From Octopus bimaculoides (Eukaryota): DNA of 64,000 nt. Made by a program: the position numbers and the translations under genes. The stretch lies in assembly GCF_001194135.2 (NCBI RefSeq), contig NC_068986.1, positions 22,520,562 to 22,584,561 of the forward strand. The letters are read 5' to 3'. Below the pieces are notes generated by a model. That model was not told where the DNA came from, made no database searches, and worked only from the letters and a program-made list of their open reading frames with translations. Below, one piece after another: positions 37,512 to 48,200 of the stretch (position 1 is the stretch's first letter; each line of letters begins with the position of its first letter).

Positions 37512-38945
37512 GGTAAATGTCTCTTACTGCCGAGACTAATCAATTCCTTGAGTGAAACATGGTTGATAGGGTTTGTAAAAACTTAGAATATTTACTTATT
37601 ATGCGTGTAAATAAAATGCATTGTTGCGATGTTTCTAAAAGAGAAGTCACTCGTCGAAGGGAGGTAACTAACGTGATTTTTATTTTCCTGATTGCTGACG
37701 TCGATAGAATTAACCATTGAAAGTGAAGCAGTAACATAGCACAGCCTAATTGGTGGAAGCCAATAAAAGAATGACTACTTTTAAGTAAGCCCAAGTAAAG
37801 CTAATGGCGGGGACATTCAACCATAGAAACAGAATAGTTATAAACAAGCATCACCATCATACAAGAAGAGTTCCCTTGTTTCCAGTCTTCCGTGAAAGGC
37901 ATCCAGCTGTTGTAAATCTGCCTCAGTGAAATCCATCTGACCCATCGAAGCATGGCAAAATGGACATCAAACCGATGATGATTTCTTGAACTGCTTCTAC
38001 ATATTCACTCACTGCTCTAGTAATACTTTCTACTCTAAGCGTAAGGCCTGAAATTTGGATGGAAGGATGGTTTGTTGATTGTATTGACACCAATCCTCTG
38101 CTGGTATTTATTTTATCAACCCTGAAAGGATGAAAGGTGAATTTGAACTCTGTAAAGACAGATGAATTGCTGCGTTAACGATTCTGCCATTGGTGGTAAT
38201 CTACTGATCTGCTGTTGTTGTATTAGCACTGTTTTCTTGCATGGGCACAAAGCCAAAGACATTTGAGGTAGGTATATTGTTGATTGTGGAGGCACATGGC
38301 CTAGTGGTTAGAGCAGTGGTTGAGGGATTGCAGGTTCAAATCTCAGACTGGGTGATGTGTGTATTTATGAGTGAAACATCACAACTCATTTCTACAGCTG
38401 AGTGAACTGGAGCAATGTGAAATAAAATGTCTTTCTCAAGAACACAATGCATAGCCCAGTCTGGGAATCAAACTCACTACATCATGATTGTGAGCCTGAC
38501 GCTCTAACCACCGAGCCACGAGTCTTCACATGTGTATATATATATTTCATCATTGTTACTTAATGTTCATTTACAATACTGGCATGCACTGGATGGTTTG
38601 ACAGGGTTCAATGTTCCATGCCAGGCTCCAGTGCTAGCTTTGGAATGGTTTCTATAACTGGGTGCATTTCCTATGCCAACCCCTTTACAACATGTATTGG
38701 GTGCTTTATTTGTCACACAGGAACTAGTGAGGTCACCAAGTAATTTGCAAACCAAAGTAAAGAAAAGGAAAGGAAAAAAAAACCCTACTTGATTGAGTGA
38801 GAGTGCATTTCAAAAATCAAGGCTAAAGTATGATAGAGGGAAGGTAAACCTGGAAAAATAGTTATCTAATCATTATTTTATTTAGGCAAACGATAAAAAA
38901 AAAAAAAAAAAAAAAAAACGAAACAGGAGAAAAATTTTAACAAGA

Positions 38946-38956
38946 TTTAATTTATT
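38946..38956 (-). terminator. Candidate NOB1 poly(A) signals
   Basis: AATAAA (38956-38951) overlaps the stop codon and is followed by ATTAAA (38951-38946); a T24 run lies downstream at 38918-38895. Confidence 0.45.
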
Positions 38957-39224
38957 ATCTTTTCTTTTTGGAAAATCTTCTGACCCCTTCATTGGGGTTT
39001 TTTCTGTTCCATGGTTTAACCTCCTGTCCTATAATTCCAAGCTGTGCAGCTCTGCTGGTCAAGTCGTGGATTCTAAATGGAGATTGTCCAGCAACATAAT
39101 TTTCATCAAAGACATTTAATCTCTGCAAAGCTTTCTTAGATGCCCGCTGTTGTGGGAGTCTCTGGTCTTCAAACAAGATAGGATTGTTAGAATGTTTGCC
39201 ACCTTGGGGCAGTGGAAGGGAATA
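38955..39224 (-). CDS. NOB1: NOB1 exon 8 (terminal), YSLPLPQGGKH...FSKKKR*
   Basis: cttgcag acceptor, 270 nt to TAA; same frame as ORF 38955-39230. Confidence 0.95.
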   Translation of the reverse strand, partial: YSLPLPQGGKHSNNPILFEDQRLPQQRASKKALQRLNVFDENYVAGQSPFRIHDLTSRAAQLGIIGQEVKPWNRKNPNEGVRRFSKKKR

Positions 39225-42200
39225 CTGCAAGAAATCAAGTTAAAAAAGCTTTTAGCAAATGTAAGACTGTTAGAAATATTTACGTTTGTGGTGATATTTT
39301 TTGTGTCTCTGAACAAGACAGAACTCTGCTGCTTATTTTGACAGAATAATGCAAAAGGTCCTGCTTTTACTTCAGAATTAACAAGAGGATATTTAATTGT
39401 AAAGACAAATTACTCCCAAAAGAAATCTTTCACAACATTCTAGAATGGAAAAAGGTTTGAAAACTACCAAAAAAAAATAAATTTTATGTAGAAAATAATG
39501 AAAAAGATATGATACAAATTTATAAATTAAATGGAATAAAGAATAACAAAGGAAAAAGAAACAAAAATGCACTATATTAACACAATAAATAAAAAAAGTA
39601 TTCTTGGTTGTAGAAAATAAAAGAGAAAAAGACCATAGTTTAAGATGGCACAGATCATAAATGAAACAACACTTTTATTATCTGTATTTCATAAAAAATT
39701 TCAGAGACAAGAAGTGGTTTTCTTTATCTCATTTTGCAGTCAGATGCAAAAGTATGTGAAGAGCCCAACTTACTTTAAGTCCACGGCAGTTCAGAAGACG
39801 CCTGGAACTGAAATGATATTGAATACTTCCATCATCTTTGACAGTCATAGAAATTCTCTTTAATGTTTTATTTCCACATGATGGACAAAACATCTTTGTA
39901 AGAACTGTACAGATTCTGCAAGAAGAAAAGAAGATAGTGATTAGAAGTAAGTTTATGCATAGGAAGAAATAGTTCTTGTGTAATTAAACTTCTTCCTATT
40001 TTAAAAGCCAACAAGAGAGCCCTCTATGTTGTTGTTTGACTTACAATAAATAGCAGCCAAACCAACTTCAAATCACATCCGGCTGACACACTGGATAATG
40101 TATTCCTACACACAATACATCTGAATAAAAGATGAAATTGTTACAGGTGGGGCAAATTTAATCGTAGGCTTAATCTATCAGGGTCAATCTGGAGTTATGT
40201 GAGGAAGTAAGACCATTTCACATGCCTGCCTTCTCAAGGACATAAATAAAGTGATTTATCTTGAACTAAGAAATAAAATCAGACAACATTTAGTAAGAAC
40301 CCACTTCTATGATACTCAAAATAATAAAGGCAATACAAGCATGTTTTATAAATGCTTTCTTTCATCATTTATTTAACTGAAAAAACTTACTTCATACAAG
40401 CTGAACACCTGAGTACATAACTCTTTGCTTGTTTGATGAGAAGACCATCGACTGACAGAACATTCAAACCCATTTGAATAAGGACATTCTGAAAATTAAA
40501 ATAAAATAAAATCTTAAAGGTACACAAGAAAGGATTTCAACTATATGTTATTAATATTACTTAAAGCTGGCAGAATTGTTAGCATGCCAGGTAAAATCTG
40601 CTGTTATGTTCTGAGTTCAACTTGGCCTTTCATCCCTTTTGGGGTCGATAAAATAAGTACCAGTTATGCAGAGGTTGATGCAATCAACTAGCCACCTTCT
40701 CCCCAAATTTCCAAGGCCTTGTGCCTAGAGTAAAAATAATTTACATTACTTAACCAGGATATATCAATCGACTTAATTACATAATAATTGGTAGCTTTTT
40801 CCCAGCAGAGTCTGTTAAGCATCATTACCATCACCGTTTTAACATCCACTTTTTCATGATAGTATGAGTCAGATGCTCTTCCTATCGACAACCCTTATCT
40901 GTTTCAAAGTAAGGCTGGAAACAGGTACCAATGGCCGGGCATACTTCCATGGAAGATTGGAAATGAATGAAATCACTTGCATGATGATGATGATGCTTGT
41001 TTACAACTATTGTGCCATGTCAGAACAAGACACACACACAATGACAAGGTTCTTTCAGTTTCTGACTACCAAATCTACTCAAAGGTCTTGGTCAGCCCTG
41101 GGCTATAGTAGAAGACACTTGCCCAAGGTGTTGTGCAGTGGGACTGAACCTGAAACTATTTGGTTGCAAAGTGAGCTTCTTAACAACAACAGCCATACTT
41201 GGAAACAATTTTTTTTTTTGAACAAATGAGACACTATAACTGGTTTATATACAAAGAAAATTCTGAAACAGGATATTGAAATAGTTATAACTGGGTCAAA
41301 CCAGTTAATGGGCAGTAATAAAAGAAGCATTCATGGAGGTAAGTGAAAATGGCAAACAATATTCAGGAATGAAAGAAATGAGAACCAATCCCATAAAACC
41401 ACACATGGCCACAATTCAATGACTAAAAGTATACAAAATAAACTGATTAAAAGGTGATAGGCATTATTGGTGAGAATAAAATATTTTGGAAACAGAAAAA
41501 AATAAATACATGAGATTGATAAATATTGGTTCTAAATTTTGGCACAAGGCCAGCAATTTGAGGGTAGGGGATACATCAATTACATTGACCCCAGTACTCA
41601 ACTGGTACTTATTTCATTGACCCCCGAAAGGATGAAAGGCTTGGTGTAATTTGAACTCAGAGTGTAAGGATGGATGAAATGCCAATAAGCATTTTACCTT
41701 GCATGTTAATGATTCTGCCAGCTCGTCACCTTTGAGATAGATATTAGAAGATAAATGTGTGTGGACTTAAGTGAGTGAATTTATTACATTTTTAAACAGA
41801 AGAGAAGAGACAAAGTTACCATTCAGATACTGATTAGTAATTAGAAAATTCCAATAATCCGGGTAAAGTATTTCAGATACCCACTATATGTTCAGGGTTT
41901 TTCAAGAATCGGAAACAACAGTGGGATGGCTTAATAAAAAAAGAAAATTATCTTGATTTTAAACAAATAAGAAGACTGTCTATAGTTTGTAAACAACATA
42001 AACGGCAGATTTTATATTCATATTCTTATCAATTATATTACCACATGAATTGTAAATAACTTAAAAGAAAAAGAAAATAAAGCTTTGGGCCAGACGTGCC
42101 AAGCTAAGTAAAATTGCTGTCATCCATACATACAGGCTTGTCCTTTACACGTGCCAATGTCACATAAATGCGCACGTGCTGGTGCTGCGTAAACACACCC

Positions 42201-45200
42201 ATGCTGGTGGCATGTGAAAAACACTCAGCACACTCTGAAAGGGTATTCAGCCATAGAGACGATACCACAGTAGACAAATGGAGTCTGGCCAGCTTCATGT
42301 CAAACTGCCCCAGCCATGCTAGCATGGAAAAAGGATGTTAGATGATGATGATTAAAAACATAAGACAAAAAAAGACAAAACAAAAAAAACATAACCTATC
42401 TACTTCTCTTCCCAACCATATGGTTTCAGATTCAATCCTACTGCATAGCCTCTTGGGCAAGTGTCTTCTGCTACAGCCCTGAGTAAATTTGGTACTCCTG
42501 TGCCGGTGGCAAGTAAAAAGCACCCACTACACTCTTGGAGGGGTTGGCATTAGGAAGGGCATCCAGCTGTAGAAACTTTGCCAGATAAGATTGGAGCCTG
42601 GTGCAGCCACTGGCTCTCCAGACCTCAGTCAAACTGCTCAACCCATGCCAGCATGGAAAATGGACGTTAAACGATGACGATGATGATAAATTGAAAGAAC
42701 ATCATATATATGTGCGTGTATGTTTACATCACTTGTATCTGTAGGCTTCCCTCTTGCATGTTACATTTGGTTCTTCTTATGACCAACCTTTCTCTCAATA
42801 CATTTGCACTTTGCTGTACATGTGCACTGATGTTGCACATCCAACGGAGCATACTACCTTCATTTCTCTCCAGCCTACACATGTCTTCTGCATTCAGAGT
42901 CCATGTCTCACTACCATGGAGTGTAGCTATTTGCACACAAGCATCATATAGGTCTAGCTTTCACTCTGAGAGAGAGTTCTTTTGTTGCAATTATAATTTA
43001 GTTTTATGTACTGTAGAATTAATCCATGGAGAAGCTCAGTGCATTTGTCAATGAAAATATCACAGGAAAGAATTACAAGATGGATCTTTGAGCCAAGCCA
43101 ATTGACAGGAGGAGAACTAGAAGTAGGCCAAGAAGGAGATGGTTGGATAATACCCACCGTCTCAGTTAGTCAAGTACGGGAATCCAAGCAGAAGGTGCAA
43201 TGAAAATTGCTTCAGACAGGACCCAATGGAAGAGGTGCCTGAGGAATCTATCCTAACAACAGGAATAGTTGGCGGAGAAGATGAATGGATAAACAGTTAT
43301 ATTTTTTTGACTAGTGACAATAAGTGTAGCATCAGGCTTTTACCATAGACAAAACTTAAGTTATAAAATGATTAAACAGCATAAGAACTTTATGATGACC
43401 ACGTATAAAAAGTTAGCAGGCTTTGATAACAGAACCTGATACAACAGTGTGTAAAGATTCAATAGATTAAAGAGAGAGAGAGAGAGAAAAGAAAGAGGAG
43501 AGCTTAAATAAAGCACTAATAAATGTAATAATCTCACTGCTGAATGAATATATAAACCAAAGTTGTTGAGCAGGTTTTAACAAAACTAATAATAAACAAT
43601 ACCTCAACAAAAGAAAATTTTGTTAAATAGAAAGATTTAAATCCATCATCTTGGCTTTGTTATGGCATCCACCTACACATATATTTAAACCGAGTGATTC
43701 AGAAATGCATGTTTGTCCACTGGTGATGCAGGCTGGCCATTACTTCGTCTACACAAATGATTGGGCTTTATGTGCCTGTAGATGGCTAACGAGGTATGAA
43801 AATAATGGTCATATGGTCTTTGGATACATTTGATGTGCTGACTGATGGGGCCATGCAGAACTCAGATTTAGTTTCTCCTGCCTAGATGTTGCAGGTCATA
43901 GAGAAAATACCCATTCCCTCATGAAGATTTTGCACTTTTCCTGATGAAGGTGCAACATAGGGGTCTGTTCTCAGAATTCTGTGTCAATGCCCATGGCTTT
44001 TAAAGTTATGTTCAGGCTAGCCTTCAGTACTTTTTCTGATCATTGACTGTTCTATTCGCTACAGCAAACTTGCCATACAGTAGTTATTTTGGTATGTGTA
44101 TATCATTCATGTGGTCAGATGAACTTGGTTATTTTGCAACACAGCATGCATTTATAGGAATTCATACATGCTATGTTTTGGTCTTATATGATCTTATTAG
44201 CAAAGTACATTCTACTCAGTTGGCAATACTAATTATGATCACTCCTAGTCTCGATGAGTAAAATATGCTTTGCTGAAGGGGTCTAATAACACCAAAACAT
44301 GCTCATTACATTCACTAGTTGGCTTTGAAGACCCATTCTGCTCCTTAACTGCATCCTCCCACTCAACATTTCAACATCCACTTTTCTATGATTGCATGAA
44401 TGAGGAAGAATTAATTGAGGCAGATTTTCTATGGTTGGGTGTCATTCCTGTTGACAACTCTGTTTTCCAAATAAGGTAATATTTCCCCATGGCCAGAAAT
44501 TTTTGCACAGCAGACCGGAAACAAAGAACATAGCTTGAATAGCGGTGATACTTTATTCATGTGTATTGCACAATATATAAACAAAGAATCACACATACAC
44601 ACACACACACATGGCAGGCTTCTTCGGTTGCTGTCTACCAATCCAATCACAAGGCTTTGGTTGGCCTGGGGCTTTAGTTTATACTTGCTCAAAGACTGAA
44701 CCTGAAACCTTGTAGTTGAGAAGTGAACTTCTTAACTCCACAGCAAAGCCTGTCCCTATTTTAACCAAAAAAACAAATGGAATGGTAACAGCGAGAATGT
44801 TTTGACCACACACAGACCAGACCAGTGTTATGCAAGGGTAAACAAACAGCTACAAGTTTTAGTCAACTGTACCTGCAATTAAAAATGTATTTCTCATTGT
44901 GGTGTATGTCAAAAATAAACACTCTGAAGGAATAGTGAAAAAGAAAACCAAATCAAGATAGAAAAAAAGTGAGAAATCTAAGAGCGGTAAAGTATTGATT
45001 CATAAATTAAAACAGTGACAAACCTGCATTGCAAAATCTGATGTTAAACAACCGACTGTTACATTAACAGGTTCTATTTTCTCAGGCTCAATTTTCTGTT
45101 TTAGTGAACCAATGTTCTCTGGTGTAATCCATCCTTCGTCATCATCATCATCGTCACCATCCTCTCTATCATTTTCATTATTGTTTTCTCCATTCTCATC

Positions 45201-48200
45201 ATTATCTGATTCCTCTTCTTCACTGGAAACTGGTTCAATATATTTTTCAGAAAGCACGTCTCCTTGTTCTAATCTTTCATTTTGTATTGAATCATTTTCA
45301 GGTGCATCCAAATTTTTCTCTTCATCTTTATCTACTGTTTCATGGTTCTACAAAAAATAAAATAAAATTATATATATATCTTTTCTTTTATTTGTTTCAG
45401 TCATTTGACAGTTATGTTATATTCTGTTAACATGTACAGTATAAAGCTTGTCCACCTTCAGATTTCACCTTGTAGTAGTACTAAATGTACTTCCAGATTT
45501 GCATCTGGGCGTCTGTAGTGTGTAACTAGATAACTGACACCAACATCATCATCGTTTAACGTCCGCTTTCCATGCTAGCATGGGTTGGACGATTTGACTG
45601 AGGACTGGTGCAACCGGATAGCAACACCAGGCTCCAATCTAATTTGGCAGAGTTTCTACAGCTGGATGCCCTTCCTAACGCCAACCACTCAGAGAGTGTA
45701 GTGGGTGCTTTTACGTGTCACCCTCACGAAAACGGCCACGCTCGAAATGGTGTCTTTTATGTGCCACCCGCACAAGAGCCAGTCCAGGGGCACTGGCAAC
45801 GATCTCGCTCGAAAACCCTACAAGGCCAGTCAGGCGGTACTGGCAACGGTCACGCTCAGGATGGTACATCTTATGTGCCACCCGCACAAGAGCCAGTCCA
45901 GGGGCACTGGCAACGATCTCACTTGACTTGCCGGGTCTTCTTACACACAACACATTTCCAAAGGTCTCGGTCAGTAGCAACATATTCAATTATATATATG
46001 TGCACATCCTTGAATGTTTATTTTTGCATGTCTTCACATAAGCAGTGTATAGGCAGATGGTATTATGATTATGTCCAGTAGCTTGTTAGCACAAGTCAGT
46101 TATTTGAAAATTGAAAGTCTTAGTTCCACATTCCTTTTCGGGGCTGCAATTCCAAATTTGGTTTAGAGTAAGGCTAAAAATATTTTTTTTCTTTCAGAAG
46201 TAATCCTTAACCTTTAACTGCACTGGACTTGAAGTTCCCTTGTGTTCTCTTTTGCCACTAGGTAAGCTGACATGGAAAGTGATCAGCTGAAACCCTTGGG
46301 TATTTTCTCAAGCTCCTAAGGGCTAAGATTTTGAGTGACAGTTTCCAGAAAATGAGAAATTTCCATTTCATTAATTTTTATAAGCATCTGGTTACAAAAT
46401 TCAGGATTTGGATATAGATTGCAAGATTAACCGACCAAACTATTATAAGGTAGACATAACATCAGATCCAATACAAAGCTGAGAAAGAAAGCTCACATTT
46501 ACTTTAGAGTTCAGTGGTTAGTATTAAAATAGAGAATATTTGATTGTAGAATGACTTGTTCAGGCAATTCATAGGTAACTATCAAAGGAAAACAACAACT
46601 ATACCTGTTTAGTATCTAAATAAAAACCAGCAATATCAGTTACTTTTCCGAGTGGGTTTCTTGCATTGATCCAGTTGGTCTTGAAACAAAAAAGAAAAAC
46701 GAAACTATTGTATTGTCTGAAGTGTTTAATAGTCTTTTTATGAAATATACTTTCACTCGCATTACTACGGGTGAAACAGACAAAGAGAGAAGGTAAACTG
46801 GCCTAGTAGCAAAAAAAGGTAAAGAAAAACGAAAGTTATTATTGTACTTTAGTAATTTTATGAAGGACCATCCAGACTCACTAAGTTCTGAGGTGGTAAG
46901 ACAATGATATCTTGGTTCTAAAGGTGCTTTGACCTCGAAGTGATTAGATTTAGAACTCATTAAAATAATTCCATTCTGCATCTTTATACAATCTTCTTAG
47001 TTCTTCGGGCTTAAATCAAGTATAATATCCAGTAACCAATATTTGTTGTGCTTGTTGGAATAACACCGAGAAATTTGTCTTCCACATAATGGCTCAAAGG
47101 AGAATATGTGGAATTTGTTACCAGTATTTAACGAGAATGCATGCAATAGAAAGGAATTTAATTTTTTCGTAAAGAAAGTCTGTATATAGGACTAAAGAAA
47201 AATATGATATATAGGCAACCCATGCTAGCATGGAAAACGGATGTTAAATGATGATGAAGGGAGCAAGAAATAGGTAGAACACTAGGAAGCAAAACAAAAC
47301 CCACTAGAACCTCAGTGAACTATTCATGGAATGTTTTAGGAGTGGGGAGAATTAAAGAGTTCACAATAAGTTTGTGTCTTGAAGACTGTTTCATATAGCT
47401 TGCCATTTGCCAGAAGACAGAAATCTTTTGTTACAAACTGAGAAAATCCCTGAATTTCTCCTCCCTTTCTTACTGTTATTACTAAAGTTTCACTAATCCA
47501 CTCTAGCACCAATTATGCAGCTTAAATATGAGAATTATCTAATATTTCTTCCCTTCCTGCTCACTACTCATGTCCATCAAAACCAACTGGAGGCCAACCT
47601 CTGTGTCAGTCATCTAGAATCACCACAGTATATCTTGTGTACACTTTGTTTGTACAGAGTATATATTGGTGAGTTCCAACTAAGTCTTTTACAACATGAA
47701 TATAGTAGTGCTTGAACTTTACTGTGTTGATATTCAAGCAAACACTTAAATTTCCAATAATTCTAGACCAGTGCTTCTTTAACTTTTCATTCATGACCCC
47801 ATTTTTCATCATGCGATTTTTCGTGACCCCCCAGGTATTAAATATGTGTTTGTGAAATAACATACCAGCTGAAATTCAAGTATTTGAATTCAATTTTTGT
47901 GACCCCATTTGGGGTTGAGGCCCATAGTTTAAGAAGCGCTGCTCTAGACTAACGCACACACACACCCACACGCATTTATAAATTCGATAAAAAAAAAAAA
48001 AATACCTTTCTTGTGGGCTCTGTTTTTATATGAGCATCACCATTTTGCTCCTTTTCTAATTGGTAGGTTAAAGCAATGAGACGAAGATCTACAGCAGATA
48101 AACTCCGGTAATCACCAGTTTTCTTAGAAAATTCAGTGACTGGAAATATAAACATTGTGGAAGAAGTTAGGAAAAAGTAAAAAAAAAAAAACAATATGCT

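Noticed and set aside
46640-47130. 113-aa minus ORF and coding-looking sequence in NOB1 intron 3
   Set aside because: Only 46605-46679 is explained (NOB1 exon 4, in another frame); the rest has stops in all informative frames and no recognisable motif.
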